From the NCBI GenBank assembly GCA_051874255.1, contig JBJEFR010000113.1, forward strand, positions 421 to 64,420: a stretch of 64,000 nucleotides of DNA, given 5' to 3'. Position numbers and translations under genes: made by a program. The DNA is from Anaeroplasmataceae bacterium. GTDB taxonomy: Bacteria; Bacillota_I; Bacilli_A; Acholeplasmatales; Anaeroplasmataceae. The notes below the pieces were generated by a model. That model was not told where the DNA came from. It searched no databases and saw only the letters and a program-made list of their open reading frames with translations. Below, one piece after another: positions 46,765-57,946 of the stretch; within the stretch, counting starts at the first letter, position 1; every line of letters starts with the position of its first letter.

Positions 46765-47127
46765 TTACTCTACGAATGAAATAATAGCCATTTGAGTTGC
46801 ATCTCCACGACGAACACCAGTCTTAATTACTCTAGTGTATCCACCATTACGATTTGCAAATTTTGGAGCGATTTCATTGAATAACTTTTGGATAGCGAAG
46901 TTTCCTTCAGCATCTTTTTCAAAACGGATAAATGAAGCTGCTTGACGACGAGCATGAAGAGTATTAGTCTTACCAAGAGTTACCATCTTGTCAGCTAATC
47001 TCTTTAATTCTTTAGCCTTTGCTTCAGTTGTTTCGATTGATCCATTAAGAATTAAATCTGTAATTAAATCACGTAATAAAGCTTTTCTTTGAGCTGAATT
47101 ACGGCGTAATCTACTATAACTTGCCAT
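46765..47127 (-). CDS. rplQ: 50S ribosomal protein bL17
   Basis: 120 aa with [15 protein letters not shown]...TTEAKAKE. Confidence 0.96.
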   Translation of the reverse strand: MASYSRLRRNSAQRKALLRDLITDLILNGSIETTEAKAKELKRLADKMVTLGKTNTLHARRQAASFIRFEKDAEGNFAIQKLFNEIAPKFANRNGGYTRVIKTGVRRGDATQMAIISFVE

Positions 47128-47154
47128 AAATAAAGTCCTCCTTCTATAAATGAA

Positions 47155-48108
47155 TTAGTCTTTTCTAAATCCTAATCCCATGCTTTCTAATTTTTCTTTA
47201 ATTTCCTTTAATGATTTACGTCCTAAATTACGAACCTTCATCATATCTTCTTCAGATTTAGCAGTTAATTCTTGTACTGTATTAAGAGTAGCTCTCTTTA
47301 AACAATTATAAGAACGAACAGAAAGGTCTAACTCATCAATAGACATTCCAAGCTTGCTGTTTTGAGAGTTGTTCTCTTGCTCAATCATATAATCTGTAGA
47401 TGATGCTTTTTCGCTTAATTCAACTACAACCTTTAAATGCTCAATCATCATCTTAGAAGCTACAGCGATAGCTTCCTTAGCTGTAATTGAACCATTTGTT
47501 GTAACTTCCATAATAAGCTTATCATGGTTAGCTTCATTTTCAACACGTGTTTTTTCAACATTGAAGCATACGTTAACAATTGGAGTGTAAATTGAATCAA
47601 TAGCAATTACACCTACAGTGTTGCTGAATTTTTTATTCTTATCAGCAGATACATATCCAACTCCGCGGCGAACAGTTAAGAACATGCTTAAATTTCCACC
47701 CTTAGCTACAGTTGCAATATGTTGATCAGGGTTAACGATACTAATTTCGTTACCGTGAATAATATCTGCAGCAGTTACTTCTCCTTCACCCTTGTGAATT
47801 TCAACTGTACATTCAAAATTTGGATCTTCTGAATCAGTTTTTAAAATAACACGCTTAAGATTTAAGATAATAGTAATAACATCCTCAACTACACCATCAA
47901 CTGACATGAACTCATGTTGAGCTCCATCAATTTTTACATTAACAAATGCAGTACCTGGTAATGAAGATAATAATACTCTTCTTAATGCATTTCCAAGTGT
48001 TAATCCGAAACCTCTTTCAAGTGGAGAAATTTCGAACTTTCCATAATTTCCATCTTGTGATAATTCTTCAACACTAGTATTTGGTTTTTCAAATTTTAAA
48101 TCCTTCAT
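47155..48108 (-). CDS. rpoA: DNA-directed RNA polymerase subunit alpha
   Basis: 317 aa with PLERGFGLTLGNALRRVLLSSLPG and the C-terminal domain LDLSVRSYNCLKRA. Confidence 0.97.
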   Translation of the reverse strand: MKDLKFEKPNTSVEELSQDGNYGKFEISPLERGFGLTLGNALRRVLLSSLPGTAFVNVKIDGAQHEFMSVDGVVEDVITIILNLKRVILKTDSEDPNFECTVEIHKGEGEVTAADIIHGNEISIVNPDQHIATVAKGGNLSMFLTVRRGVGYVSADKNKKFSNTVGVIAIDSIYTPIVNVCFNVEKTRVENEANHDKLIMEVTTNGSITAKEAIAVASKMMIEHLKVVVELSEKASSTDYMIEQENNSQNSKLGMSIDELDLSVRSYNCLKRATLNTVQELTAKSEEDMMKVRNLGRKSLKEIKEKLESMGLGFRKD

Positions 48109-48150
48109 AATGATATGGGACCTCCTTTAAGATAATCTTTCTTTGTAAAA

Positions 48151-48534
48151 CTATCCGCGTGGGCGCTTTGGTGGACGACATCCATTATGCGGAACTGGTG
48201 TAACATCTTTAATTGCAGTAATTTCAAGACCTGCAACTTGTAATGAACGAATAGCTGCTTCTCTTCCTGGTCCTGGACCCTTAACAGAAACTTCTACCTT
48301 TACAACTCCTTGATCCATTGCAGCCTTTGCAGCAGCTTCACTTGCTAATTGTGCAGCAAATGGAGTTGACTTACGGCTACCCTTGTATCCTAAAGCTCCA
48401 GCGCTTGACCACGCTAATGCGTTTCCAGCTGGATCTGTAATTGTAACGATTGTATTATTAAATGTTGAGTGAATATGAGCAATTCCAAATGGAACATTCT
48501 TCTTCACACGACGTTTAGTTACTTTACGTGCCAT
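48151..48534 (-). CDS. rpsK: 30S ribosomal protein uS11
   Basis: 127 aa with [18 protein letters not shown]. Confidence 0.97.
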   Translation of the reverse strand: MARKVTKRRVKKNVPFGIAHIHSTFNNTIVTITDPAGNALAWSSAGALGYKGSRKSTPFAAQLASEAAAKAAMDQGVVKVEVSVKGPGPGREAAIRSLQVAGLEITAIKDVTPVPHNGCRPPKRPRG

Positions 48535-48558
48535 AAATTATATACCTCCTGTCGGTTA

Positions 48559-48927
48559 TTAAGCTTTCTTCTTATTTGCAATTGTATGTTTAGGACCCTT
48601 ACGAGTACGAGCATTATTTCTAGTATTTTGTCCACGAACTGGTAAGTTTCTACGATGACGCATACCTCTGTAGCTTCCAATTTCCATTAATCTCTTAATG
48701 TTTAGGGCTACTTCTCTACGTAAATCTCCTTCAACCTTAATCTTAGATACTTCTGAACGAATAGCTCCAAGTTGCTCTTCTGTTAAGTCCTTAGTACGAA
48801 TATCTTCAGAAACACCTGCAGCCTTTAAAATCTTTTGAGATGTTGGTAGTCCAATTCCATATACATATGTTAAAGCTACAACAATTCTCTTGTCTCTAGG
48901 AATATCAATTCCAGCAATACGTGCCAT
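48559..48927 (-). CDS. rpsM: 30S ribosomal protein uS13
   Basis: 122 aa with [14 protein letters not shown]. Confidence 0.97.
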   Translation of the reverse strand: MARIAGIDIPRDKRIVVALTYVYGIGLPTSQKILKAAGVSEDIRTKDLTEEQLGAIRSEVSKIKVEGDLRREVALNIKRLMEIGSYRGMRHRRNLPVRGQNTRNNARTRKGPKHTIANKKKA

Positions 48928-48948
48928 ATAATCGCACCTCCTATAATT

Positions 48949-49062
48949 CTATCCTTGTCTTTGTTTATGCTTTGGGTTTTCGCAAATGACCATTACACGG
49001 CCTTTTCTTTTGATGACTTTACATTTGTCACACATTGGTTTTACTGACGGTCTAACTTTCAT
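48949..49062 (-). CDS. rpmJ: 50S ribosomal protein bL36 (absent from the ORF track)
   Basis: Manual translation of the minus strand gives [37 protein letters not shown] plus a stop. GGAGG RBS upstream. Confidence 0.93.
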   Translation of the reverse strand: MKVRPSVKPMCDKCKVIKRKGRVMVICENPKHKQRQG

Positions 49063-49084
49063 TTTAATACCTCCGAGTGTAAAA

Positions 49085-49309
49085 TTACTTACGTCTGTAA
49101 GTTATACGTCCACGTGTTAAATCGTATGTTGACATTTCAACAGTTACATTGTCACCTGGTAAAATGCGAATGTTATTCATACGGATTTTACCAGAAACGT
49201 GGGCTAGAACTTGATGTCCGTTATCAAGTTCAACTATAAATTGAGTATTAGGAAGTACATCAAGTACCTTTCCCTCCATCTCAATAATATTATCCTTTTC
49301 TTTTGCCAT
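49085..49309 (-). CDS. infA: Translation initiation factor IF-1
   Basis: 74 aa with [31 protein letters not shown]. Confidence 0.97.
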   Translation of the reverse strand: MAKEKDNIIEMEGKVLDVLPNTQFIVELDNGHQVLAHVSGKIRMNNIRILPGDNVTVEMSTYDLTRGRITYRRK

Positions 49310-49529
49310 TAGATTGCCTCCTTATATAAAGCCTTAAACATCATAACTACTTCGAAATAAGTAGTATTTATTTATTGGAAATAGTTTAATGCATAACTCT
49401 AAAGTTTGAGCACATTTCATCAAATTAATGACTGGCATAGCCAAACTAAATCATGCTAATGATTATTCATTGACTAAACTGATCCACCTTAGCTACTCAT
49501 AAGAGTAACTAAGTTTATCAATTATTTTT

Positions 49530-50174
49530 TTATTTAGCAAGAACTGCCTTAATATCAGCAAATACCTTATCAAAATCTTGATCTCCATTTACTGTCTTAA
49601 GTAATCCTTGTTTTTCATAATATGCTAATAATGGTGCTGTATTTTCTTCATAAACAGCTAAACGATTAATAGCAGTAGCTTCTGTATCATCTGGTCTTTG
49701 GATTAGTGGTGAACCACAGTTATCACAAACACCTTCAACCTTTGGAGCGTTGAATTCAACATGGTATGTTGCACCACATTGCTTACAAACACGACGTCCA
49801 ACCATTCTTCTTACAAGTATTTCGTTTGCTACATCAACGTCTAATACTGCATCTAGAGTGATACCATTCTTTTTTAAGAATGCATCTAAAGCCTCAGCTT
49901 GAGCTAGATTACGAGGGAATCCATCAAGTAAGAATCCAGCCTTACAATCAGCCTCAAGAAGTCTATCCTCAACGATTCCGATTGTTACTTCATCAGGAAC
50001 AAGCTTTCCTTGCTCCATATAGCTCTTAGCTAAAAGACCCATTTTAGTTCCAGCCTTCATGGCTGCTCTAAACATATCTCCAGTAGAAATATGTGGAATA
50101 TTATAGTATTCCTTAATATTTACAGCTTGTGTACCTTTTCCGGCACCAGGCTTTCCAGTAATTAATAATTTCAT
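49530..50174 (-). CDS. adk: Adenylate kinase (zinc-lid type)
   Basis: 214 aa with P-loop GKPGAGKGTQ and lid CKQCG...CDNCG. Confidence 0.96.
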   Translation of the reverse strand: MKLLITGKPGAGKGTQAVNIKEYYNIPHISTGDMFRAAMKAGTKMGLLAKSYMEQGKLVPDEVTIGIVEDRLLEADCKAGFLLDGFPRNLAQAEALDAFLKKNGITLDAVLDVDVANEILVRRMVGRRVCKQCGATYHVEFNAPKVEGVCDNCGSPLIQRPDDTEATAINRLAVYEENTAPLLAYYEKQGLLKTVNGDQDFDKVFADIKAVLAK

Positions 50175-50189
50175 ACTAACTTACCTCTA

Positions 50190-51497
50190 CTATAAAATAC
50201 CTTTATAAGTTTCTGTATCAGAATCAGTCTCTAATTGTTTAACTGTTTCAATGGCAACACCTACTATGATAAGTAAGCTTGTTCCTCCTACAGTAATTAC
50301 AGACTTTTCTGAAGATGTAAATCCAAATGCTGTTGAAACTATAATTGGAACTAATGCTAGGAATGCTAAATATGTAGCACCTATTAATGTAATTCTAAAT
50401 AATAGTTTTGATAATTGGACCTTTGTATCCTCACCTGGTCTATATCCTGGGATATATGCTCCTTGCTTTGATAAATTATCAGCCATTTTATCAGGATCCA
50501 TTTGAAGGAATGAATAAAAGAAAGCAAAGAAATAGATAAGTACTACATAGATTACCAAACCAATTGGTTGTTGGTAATTAAATATTTGATCAAACCATTT
50601 AGCTACATCTGATGTTTCTGTAGATAATCCCATCATACCAATAACTGTAAGTGGAATACTTAAAATTGTTGATGCGAAGATTACTGGGATAACTCCAGCA
50701 CAGTTAAGCTTAATTGGAATGTCAGAACTTGCATTTCCTTGACGGTTAGCATATTGTATTGGAACTCTACGCTTAGCACCCTCCATGAAAATTACAAGTA
50801 ATATCATAATGATATAAAGTAGAATAATTACGATAAAGCATATAACTGATGATACTGAAACACCATCTGTGATATACTTTGACCATAATGTTGTAAACAT
50901 AGATGGAATAGATGTAACGATACCAGCTGTGATTATCATAGATGAACCGTTTCCAACTCCATGTCTTGTTATTAAATCTGCAAGCCACATTGTAAATGCA
51001 GAACCAGCAGTTATTACTATAGCCATATAGATATAGAATAACCAGAATAATCCCTTATCTGCAAGAACATCAGCTTGAAGTATGTTTTCAGGTCTAGCTC
51101 CTAATCCAAATAATAAAGCTAATGCCTGTACAAATGCGATAACAACTGTAACATATCTTGTTACTCGATTTGATTTTGCTTTACCTGTTTCACCTTGCTC
51201 TGACCATTCCTTAAGCTTAGGAATAACCATTTGAAGCATTTGCACAACAATTTCTGCTGTGATATAAGGTGAGATACCCAAAGCTAGAATAGAGAATGAA
51301 CTTAATCCTCCACCACTAAATGTATTTAGTATTGTAAGGAAGCTGTTTCCATCTAGCATTTGCTTAACACCAACAGTGTCAATCAAAGGTATTGGTAAGT
51401 ATGTACCTAATTTGAAAACTAAAAGTATTAAGAATGTGAATAGTATCTTACGAACAATGTCCGGATTACTAAAGATTCTTTTAATCTTACTTAACAA
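50190..51497 (-). CDS. secY: Preprotein translocase subunit SecY
   Basis: 435-aa polytopic membrane protein between rplO and adk. Confidence 0.96.
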   Translation of the reverse strand: MLSKIKRIFSNPDIVRKILFTFLILLVFKLGTYLPIPLIDTVGVKQMLDGNSFLTILNTFSGGGLSSFSILALGISPYITAEIVVQMLQMVIPKLKEWSEQGETGKAKSNRVTRYVTVVIAFVQALALLFGLGARPENILQADVLADKGLFWLFYIYMAIVITAGSAFTMWLADLITRHGVGNGSSMIITAGIVTSIPSMFTTLWSKYITDGVSVSSVICFIVIILLYIIMILLVIFMEGAKRRVPIQYANRQGNASSDIPIKLNCAGVIPVIFASTILSIPLTVIGMMGLSTETSDVAKWFDQIFNYQQPIGLVIYVVLIYFFAFFYSFLQMDPDKMADNLSKQGAYIPGYRPGEDTKVQLSKLLFRITLIGATYLAFLALVPIIVSTAFGFTSSEKSVITVGGTSLLIIVGVAIETVKQLETDSDTETYKGIL

Positions 51498-51498
51498 A

Positions 51499-51936
51499 TT
51501 AGATCACCTCAACAGTTCCGCCTGCAGCTTCGATTGCTTCTTTTGCTGCTGCTGAAAACTTATGAGCTTGAACAGTTAACTTCTTAGTTAAAGTTCCTTC
51601 ACCTAAAACTTTAATTCCGTTGAATACTTTCTTAACAAGACCTGTTTCAAAATACATCTCTAATGTAACCTTTGTTCCATTTTCAAATTGCTCAAGATCT
51701 GCTAAGTTAACGATTGCATATTCTTTGCGGTTAACGTTCTTAAATCCTCTTTTAGGTAAACGTTGGAAGAATGGAATTTGTCCTCCTTCGAATCCAGGAC
51801 GTACTCCACCACCAGAACGAGCATTTTGTCCCTTATTACCTTTTCCAGAAGTCTTTCCAAGTCCGCTTCCAGTTCCACGTCCAAGGCGCTTTCTTGAATG
51901 TCTAGCACCTTCAACTGGCTTTAACTCATTTAACAT
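51499..51936 (-). CDS. rplO: 50S ribosomal protein uL15
   Basis: 145 aa with a Gly-rich N-terminus [15 protein letters not shown]. Confidence 0.96.
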   Translation of the reverse strand: MLNELKPVEGARHSRKRLGRGTGSGLGKTSGKGNKGQNARSGGGVRPGFEGGQIPFFQRLPKRGFKNVNRKEYAIVNLADLEQFENGTKVTLEMYFETGLVKKVFNGIKVLGEGTLTKKLTVQAHKFSAAAKEAIEAAGGTVEVI

Positions 51937-51953
51937 AGTAAGGCACCTCCTTA

Positions 51954-52136
51954 TTACTTTTCAATTTCAACTACTTTTACTAAGTGAGCTATTGTTATAA
52001 TTTGACCTTTAATAGCTTCGTTTTCCTCTTTAACTACAGTAGAACCAATTTTTGTTAGCCCTAATGCTTTTGCTGTTTTAACTTGATTAGGTTTGCGACC
52101 AATTAAACTTTTTACTAGTGTAATTTGATATTTCAT
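51954..52136 (-). CDS. rpmD: 50S ribosomal protein uL30
   Basis: 60 aa with [14 protein letters not shown]. Confidence 0.93.
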   Translation of the reverse strand: MKYQITLVKSLIGRKPNQVKTAKALGLTKIGSTVVKEENEAIKGQIITIAHLVKVVEIEK

Positions 52137-52137
52137 A

Positions 52138-52650
52138 TTATTCTAAAATCTCAGCTACAGTCTTACCACGACGTGCAGCAACACTTTCTACAGTTTGAAG
52201 GCTCTTTAATCCTTCGAAAGTCGCTCTAACCATGTTAATAGGCGTTCTTGATCCTTGACACTTAGAAAGGATATCAGAAATACCTGCTAATTCTAAAACA
52301 GCACGTACTGGACCTCCAGCAATGATTCCAGTTCCGGCAGCAGCTGGCTTAAGGAAAACTTGACCAGCACCATATACACCTGTAATTTCATGAGGAATTG
52401 TTGTATTAACAGTAGGAACACTTATCATGTTCTTTTTAGCACTTTCGATGGCTTTCTTAATTGCATCTGGTACTTCTAGTGCTTTTCCAGTACCGAATCC
52501 AACATTTCCTTTTCTGTCTCCAATAACTACTAGAGCAGCAAAACGGAAACGTCTACCACCTTTAACAACCTTAGTTACACGATTAATTGTAACAACTGTT
52601 TCTTCAAACTCAGGTTGTTCTTTTACATTACGTTCACGTTCTTGACGCAT
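52138..52650 (-). CDS. rpsE: 30S ribosomal protein uS5
   Basis: 170 aa with [24 protein letters not shown]. Confidence 0.97.
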   Translation of the reverse strand: MRQERERNVKEQPEFEETVVTINRVTKVVKGGRRFRFAALVVIGDRKGNVGFGTGKALEVPDAIKKAIESAKKNMISVPTVNTTIPHEITGVYGAGQVFLKPAAAGTGIIAGGPVRAVLELAGISDILSKCQGSRTPINMVRATFEGLKSLQTVESVAARRGKTVAEILE

Positions 52651-52668
52651 GTTGAAATCCTCCTTCTA

Positions 52669-53031
52669 TTAGAATTCTAATCCAGCAGCTCTTGCTGCTT
52701 CAGCTAATGCCTTAACACGTCCGTGATATAAATATCCACCACGATCGAATACGACATTCTTAATATTTGCTTCTAATGCACGTTGTGCAACAAGAGTACC
52801 AACCTTAGCAGCAGCCTCTACGTTACCACCGTTAGTTAGTCCTAGCTCTTTATCTAGAGAAGAAGCACTGCATAATGTTTTACCATTAACATCATCAATA
52901 ATTTGAGCATAAATTTGCTTGTTTGAACGGAAAACATTTAAACGAGGTTTTTCAGTAGTTCCTGAAATATTTTTACGAATACGTAAATGTCTCTTTAGAC
53001 GCTTTACATTACTTGAAACTTTACTAATCAT
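52669..53031 (-). CDS. rplR: 50S ribosomal protein uL18
   Basis: 120 aa with [19 protein letters not shown]. Confidence 0.96.
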   Translation of the reverse strand: MISKVSSNVKRLKRHLRIRKNISGTTEKPRLNVFRSNKQIYAQIIDDVNGKTLCSASSLDKELGLTNGGNVEAAAKVGTLVAQRALEANIKNVVFDRGGYLYHGRVKALAEAARAAGLEF

Positions 53032-53051
53032 ATTACGAGCACTCCTTTCTA

Positions 53052-53594
53052 TTACTTCTTAGCTGTCTTTCCTTCTTTACGACGTACATTTTCATCAGTA
53101 TAACGAATTCCCTTACCTAGATATGGTTCAGGCTTACGTACTGCACGAATTTCTGCCGCAAATTGTCCAACAACTTGCTTGTCGATTCCTGATACAATGA
53201 TAATTGTATTCTTTGGAAGTTCAACCTTAATTCCTTCTGGAATTTCGAATTCAACATCATGAGAATATCCAGCAGATACAACTAAAGTATTTCCCTTTAA
53301 TTGAGCACGATATCCAACTCCAATGATGTCTAATTGCTTTTTAAATCCTTCAGATACACCAACTACCATGTTATTGAAGTTAGCACGTGAAGTACCATGA
53401 ATTGTCTTCATTTCCTTTGTATCATCAGGACGAATAACTGTAACAACATCTCCATCAACATCAAATTTAATGTTTTTATTGAATGGAGCACTTAATTCTC
53501 CTTTAGGTCCTTTTACAGTTACATTATTGTTTTCATCAACATTAAATGTTACTCCAGCAGGTAATGTAACCTTCTTATTACCAATACGAGACAT
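53052..53594 (-). CDS. rplF: 50S ribosomal protein uL6
   Basis: 180 aa with [15 protein letters not shown]. Confidence 0.96.
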   Translation of the reverse strand: MSRIGNKKVTLPAGVTFNVDENNNVTVKGPKGELSAPFNKNIKFDVDGDVVTVIRPDDTKEMKTIHGTSRANFNNMVVGVSEGFKKQLDIIGVGYRAQLKGNTLVVSAGYSHDVEFEIPEGIKVELPKNTIIIVSGIDKQVVGQFAAEIRAVRKPEPYLGKGIRYTDENVRRKEGKTAKK

Positions 53595-53621
53595 TTTTAG
53601 AACACCTCCTGTTTTATATTA

Positions 53622-54017
53622 TTACCAAATGTAAGCTATTACTTCTCCACCGATTTTTTGCTTACGAGCTTCTTTATCTGTCATAACACCCTTTGATGTA
53701 GAGATAACAGCTATACCTAAACCATTTAAAACCTTAGGTAGATTATCAGCCTCAGCGTAAACTCTTAATCCTGGCTTACTTATTCTCTTAAGTCCCTTAA
53801 TAACTGATTCGTTATTGTAGTACTTTAATGTTACTGTTGTAACACCCTTATTATCAGTTGTAACAGTTGTATAATCTGCAATAAATCCCTCATTCTTAAG
53901 AACTTCTAATATATTTGTCTTAACTGAAGATGCAGGCATTTCAACTGTTTCATGTTTCATTTTGCTCGCATTTCTAATACGAGTTAACATATCCGCAATT
54001 GGATCTGTCATAACCAT
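53622..54017 (-). CDS. rpsH: 30S ribosomal protein uS8
   Basis: 131 aa with [13 protein letters not shown]. Confidence 0.96.
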   Translation of the reverse strand: MVMTDPIADMLTRIRNASKMKHETVEMPASSVKTNILEVLKNEGFIADYTTVTTDNKGVTTVTLKYYNNESVIKGLKRISKPGLRVYAEADNLPKVLNGLGIAVISTSKGVMTDKEARKQKIGGEVIAYIW

Positions 54018-54065
54018 ACGCTTGTTCCTCCTTCCATAGCCTGGAAAAATATTTTTCTATAAATA

Positions 54066-54251
54066 TTACCAGCTTGCTTTCTTAACACCAGGGATTTGCC
54101 CTTTATATGCTAATTCACGAAAACAAACACGGCATAATTTGAATTTGCTAATAACTGCATGTGGACGTCCACAACGTTCGCAACGTGTATATTCACGAGC
54201 AGAATATTTAGCTTTTCTATGATTCTTTGCGATTAAAGATTTCTTTGCCAT
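54066..54251 (-). CDS. rpsN: 30S ribosomal protein uS14, zinc-binding short (type Z) form
   Basis: 61 aa with CERCGRP...CRVCFRE. Confidence 0.95.
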   Translation of the reverse strand: MAKKSLIAKNHRKAKYSAREYTRCERCGRPHAVISKFKLCRVCFRELAYKGQIPGVKKASW

Positions 54252-54266
54252 ATTAGATTTCCCTTT

Positions 54267-54806
54267 CTACTTTTTGTAAGGCATACCCATAAGTGTAAGT
54301 AGGGCACGTCCTTCTTCGTCAGTCTTAGCTGTAGTAACGATTACAACATCTAGTCCACGAATCTTTTTAACTTGGTCAAAGTTGATTTCAGGGAAAATAA
54401 GTTGTTCCTTAATACCTAAAGTGTAGTTACCACGACCATCAAATGCATCGGCAGAAATACCATGGAAATCACGTACACGAGGAAGTGCAATAGAAATAAG
54501 CTTATCTAAAAACTCATACATTTTTTCTCCTCTTAGTGTTGCCTTACATCCGATAGGCATTCCTTCACGAAGCTTAAAGCTAGCGATTGACTTCTTAGCT
54601 TTTGTAACAACTGGCTTTTGTCCAGCAATTAACTTCATTTCTTCAACGGCATCATCTAATACCTTTGAATTTGCAACAGCATCACCAACTCCCATATTTA
54701 ATACGATTTTTTCAATCTTAGGGATTTCCATTGATGAAGAATAGTTAAATTGTTTTTGTAATTCTGCTTTAACAGAAGTATTATACTTTTCTTGTAAACG
54801 ATTCAT
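54267..54806 (-). CDS. rplE: 50S ribosomal protein uL5
   Basis: 179 aa with [15 protein letters not shown]. Confidence 0.96.
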   Translation of the reverse strand: MNRLQEKYNTSVKAELQKQFNYSSSMEIPKIEKIVLNMGVGDAVANSKVLDDAVEEMKLIAGQKPVVTKAKKSIASFKLREGMPIGCKATLRGEKMYEFLDKLISIALPRVRDFHGISADAFDGRGNYTLGIKEQLIFPEINFDQVKKIRGLDVVIVTTAKTDEEGRALLTLMGMPYKK

Positions 54807-54834
54807 AATATCAGTTTACCTCCTCTCTAAAAGA

Positions 54835-55176
54835 TTATTTGAATTCATAACCAGATTTCTTAGAGACTCTGATTTTTTCGCCTTTTTCATTTATTTTAAT
54901 AGAAACACGGCAAGGTTTATTAACCTTTGGATCTAGTAACATAACATTTGAAACTGAAATTGGAGCTTCAACTTCAATGATGCTTCCTGATTGTTGAGCT
55001 TGGTTAGGCTTAACGTGCTTCTTAACAATATTTACACCCTCAACTATTACTTGATTAGTTTTAGGTAAAGCTTTAATTACTTTACCAGTAGTTTGAGTTT
55101 TATTTCCCTTCTTATCAACAGTATATTTGTTTTTTCCTGCGATAACTACTACTGTATCACCTGTTTTAATAAGCAT
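54835..55176 (-). CDS. rplX: 50S ribosomal protein uL24
   Basis: 113 aa with a KOW motif IKTGDTVVVIAGKNK. Confidence 0.93.
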   Translation of the reverse strand: MLIKTGDTVVVIAGKNKYTVDKKGNKTQTTGKVIKALPKTNQVIVEGVNIVKKHVKPNQAQQSGSIIEVEAPISVSNVMLLDPKVNKPCRVSIKINEKGEKIRVSKKSGYEFK

Positions 55177-55190
55177 TCAAGTGCACCTCC

Positions 55191-55559
55191 TTATAGAACT
55201 TCTGGAGCTAAAGATACGATCTTCATGAAGTTTTTATCACGAAGCTCTCTAGCAACAGGTCCGAAAATACGAGTACCACGTGGAGTTAAATCTTCACGGA
55301 TGATTACTGCTGCATTTTCGTCAAATTTAATATATGAACCATCATCTCTTCTAAGTCCTTTCTTAGAACGAACGATAACAGCTTTAACTACATCACCTTT
55401 CTTAACTGAACCGTTAGGTAATGCTTTCTTTACTGAGCATACTACTACATCACCAACATTAGCATATCTGTGTAGTGCTCCACCTAATACTTTTATTATT
55501 AATAACTCACGAGCACCTGAGTTGTCAGCTACTGCAAGTCTAGTTTCTTGTTGAACCAT
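55191..55559 (-). CDS. rplN: 50S ribosomal protein uL14
   Basis: 122 aa with [18 protein letters not shown]. Confidence 0.97.
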   Translation of the reverse strand: MVQQETRLAVADNSGARELLIIKVLGGALHRYANVGDVVVCSVKKALPNGSVKKGDVVKAVIVRSKKGLRRDDGSYIKFDENAAVIIREDLTPRGTRIFGPVARELRDKNFMKIVSLAPEVL

Positions 55560-55587
55560 ATGAGTACCTCCTTTCAGGAACTAGTGA

Positions 55588-55848
55588 TTAAAGGATTTCT
55601 TTAGTCTTTACGACTTCTACTAAACGGAAACGTTTCATCTTTGATAAAGGTCTAGTTTCCATAATTTTTACAACATCACCGATTTTTGCTGTATTATTTT
55701 CATCATGCGCATGAAGTTTTGTAGTTTTCTTAACACGCTTTCCGTATAATCTGTGCTTTCTATATGTATCTACAGCAACAGTGATTGTCTTATCCATTTT
55801 ATCTGATACAACTGTACCAGTGAATGTCTTACGAGTATTACGTTCCAT
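55588..55848 (-). CDS. rpsQ: 30S ribosomal protein uS17
   Basis: 86 aa with [16 protein letters not shown]. Confidence 0.96.
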   Translation of the reverse strand: MERNTRKTFTGTVVSDKMDKTITVAVDTYRKHRLYGKRVKKTTKLHAHDENNTAKIGDVVKIMETRPLSKMKRFRLVEVVKTKEIL

Positions 55849-55858
55849 GTTATTCCTC

Positions 55859-56053
55859 CTACTTATTGCTTTCGCGCTCGCTTAGAATTGTCTTCATTCT
55901 AGCGATTGTCTTTCTAACTTGCCCGATGCGAGCAGTGTTTTGAACTTGTCCAAGTGCATTTTGAAACTTTAAGTTGAATAATTCAGCCTTAAGCTCTGCA
56001 ATTTGAGCATTGATTTCTTCAGTTGATAAGGCTCTGATATCCTTATTTTTCAT
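55859..56053 (-). CDS. rpmC: 50S ribosomal protein uL29
   Basis: 64 aa with [12 protein letters not shown]. Confidence 0.93.
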   Translation of the reverse strand: MKNKDIRALSTEEINAQIAELKAELFNLKFQNALGQVQNTARIGQVRKTIARMKTILSERESNK

Positions 56054-56472
56054 TACTCAGCACCTTCCTTTTTAATAAACTTTGTCTTAATTGGAAGCTT
56101 GTGAGAAGCAAGTCTTAATCCTTCACGTGCAACTTCTTCAGATACACCTGCTACTTCGAATAATACTAATTGCTCCTTAACAACAGCAACCCAAGATTCA
56201 GGAGATCCTTTTCCTGATCCCATACGTACCTCTAGAGGCTTCTTAGTCTTAGAAATATGTGGGAAAACCTTAATCCAAACCTTACCATTACGTGCAAAAT
56301 AACGAGTAATTGCAATACGTGCAGCTTCGATTTGTCTATTAGTTAACCAGCATCCCTCTAGTGCAACTAATCCATATTCACCAAAAGTTAATTCTGTACC
56401 AGCTTTTGCTTTTCCTTCATAATAAACACGGTGAGGACGTCTATATTTTGTTCTCTTTGGAATCATTAACAT
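56053..56472 (-). CDS. rplP: 50S ribosomal protein uL16
   Basis: 139 aa with [15 protein letters not shown]. Confidence 0.96.
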   Translation of the reverse strand: MLMIPKRTKYRRPHRVYYEGKAKAGTELTFGEYGLVALEGCWLTNRQIEAARIAITRYFARNGKVWIKVFPHISKTKKPLEVRMGSGKGSPESWVAVVKEQLVLFEVAGVSEEVAREGLRLASHKLPIKTKFIKKEGAE

Positions 56473-56474
56473 AA

Positions 56475-57272
56475 TTAGTTACCTCCCTTAGAACTTTTTT
56501 CTGCTTTTTCAGCATTCTTTTCTGTAGATTTAGGAGCCTTTTGAGCTCTTGGTCTTTCAGACTTTGTATTTCTTTCAGCTTTATCTGCTTCTTGACGGTT
56601 CTTTAAGTTAAGAATTTCTCCCTTATAGATCCAAACCTTAACTCCAAGCTTTCCATAAGTTGTATCAGCCTCAGCTGTTGCATAATCAACATCAGCACGA
56701 AGAGTTTGTAAAGGTACTTGACCTTCATTATATCCTTCGCTACGAGCCATTTCAGCTCCCCCTAAACGTCCAGAGATAAGAGTCTTAACTCCCTTAGCTC
56801 CAGCCTTTAAAGCTCTTTGCATTGCTAACTTTTGAACACGTCTAAATGATGCACGTGCCTCTAATTGTTCAGCAATTGATTTTGCTACTAATGTAGCATC
56901 TAATTCTGGCTTCTTAATTTCTACAACATTAAGAATAATTTCTTTCTTAGTCATATACTCTAGCTTAGAAACCACTGCATTTCTAGTTTCAGCATTTTTA
57001 CCGATAACTACACCTGGCTTAGCAGTGTATAATGCAATTTTAACACGATCCTTATTATTTGATCCCTTAACACGTTCGATTACGATACGAGAAATTGCTG
57101 CTTTCTTATAATCAACATTATTTGCTTTATCAGTATAAGTCTCTAAGAATTTACGAATTCTTAAATCTTCATGTAATAAGTCAGCAACTTCGTTCTTGTC
57201 TGCATACCAAGATGCATCCCAATCACGGTTGATTCCTACACGTAATCCAACTGGACTAACCTTTTGACCCAT
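56475..57272 (-). CDS. rpsC: 30S ribosomal protein uS3 with a ~45-aa Lys/Glu-rich C-terminal extension
   Basis: 265 aa with [14 protein letters not shown]. The tail reads [41 protein letters not shown]. Confidence 0.95.
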   Translation of the reverse strand: MGQKVSPVGLRVGINRDWDASWYADKNEVADLLHEDLRIRKFLETYTDKANNVDYKKAAISRIVIERVKGSNNKDRVKIALYTAKPGVVIGKNAETRNAVVSKLEYMTKKEIILNVVEIKKPELDATLVAKSIAEQLEARASFRRVQKLAMQRALKAGAKGVKTLISGRLGGAEMARSEGYNEGQVPLQTLRADVDYATAEADTTYGKLGVKVWIYKGEILNLKNRQEADKAERNTKSERPRAQKAPKSTEKNAEKAEKSSKGGN

Positions 57273-57288
57273 GTTTGTTCCTCCTTAA

Positions 57289-57624
57289 TTATTCTTTTTC
57301 AGCAACTACGATAGTGATGTTGCAAGTTCTCTTAATAATAACGTCTCCACGTCCCTTAGCACGAGGTAACATTCTCTTCATTCTCATTCCATCATTAACG
57401 TAAGCTTCCTTAACGTATAGATTATTTACATCCATACCATTATTGTTTTCTGCATTAGCGCATGCAGACTTTAAAACTTTGTATACTGCCTCATTAGCAT
57501 TCTTGTTTGTATACTTTAAGATTGCAAAGGCTTCCTTAACATCCTTTGAACGAATCATATCAACAACAAGACGAGCCTTACGAGGAGTAATTCTTACAGT
57601 ATTTGCTATAGCTTTTGCTTCCAT
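57289..57624 (-). CDS. rplV: 50S ribosomal protein uL22
   Basis: 111 aa with VRITPRKARLVVDMIR. Confidence 0.96.
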   Translation of the reverse strand: MEAKAIANTVRITPRKARLVVDMIRSKDVKEAFAILKYTNKNANEAVYKVLKSACANAENNNGMDVNNLYVKEAYVNDGMRMKRMLPRAKGRGDVIIKRTCNITIVVAEKE

Positions 57625-57639
57625 CTTTAGTTCCTCCTG

Positions 57640-57921
57640 TTATCTTTTTGATGCCTTTTTATCTTCTTTTTCATGTCCATGATAGTTTCTTGTTGGAGCG
57701 AATTCTCCTAACTTATGTCCTACCATATCCTCTGTTACATAAACAGGTGTGTGTTCGCGACCATTGTATACCCCAAATGTATGTCCTACGAATTGAGGGA
57801 AAATAGTTGAACGACGTGACCATGTTTGAATTACTTTATTTTCACCAGCGGCATTTTGTGCTTCAACTTTCTTCATTAAGCTTTCATCACAAAATGGTCC
57901 CTTCTTTACTGAACGTGCCAC
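57640..57921 (-). CDS. rpsS: 30S ribosomal protein uS19
   Basis: 93 aa with [10 protein letters not shown]...[11 protein letters not shown]. Confidence 0.97.
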   Translation of the reverse strand: MARSVKKGPFCDESLMKKVEAQNAAGENKVIQTWSRRSTIFPQFVGHTFGVYNGREHTPVYVTEDMVGHKLGEFAPTRNYHGHEKEDKKASKR

Positions 57922-57946
57922 AGTGTTTCCTCCTTCCGATTAGAGA

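Noticed and set aside
49310-49529. 34-codon ORF (MPVINLMKCAQTLELCIKLFPINKYYLFRSSYDV) in the adk-infA spacer
   Set aside because: It has no Shine-Dalgarno sequence and no recognisable family, and it overlaps the hairpins. It is treated as non-coding.
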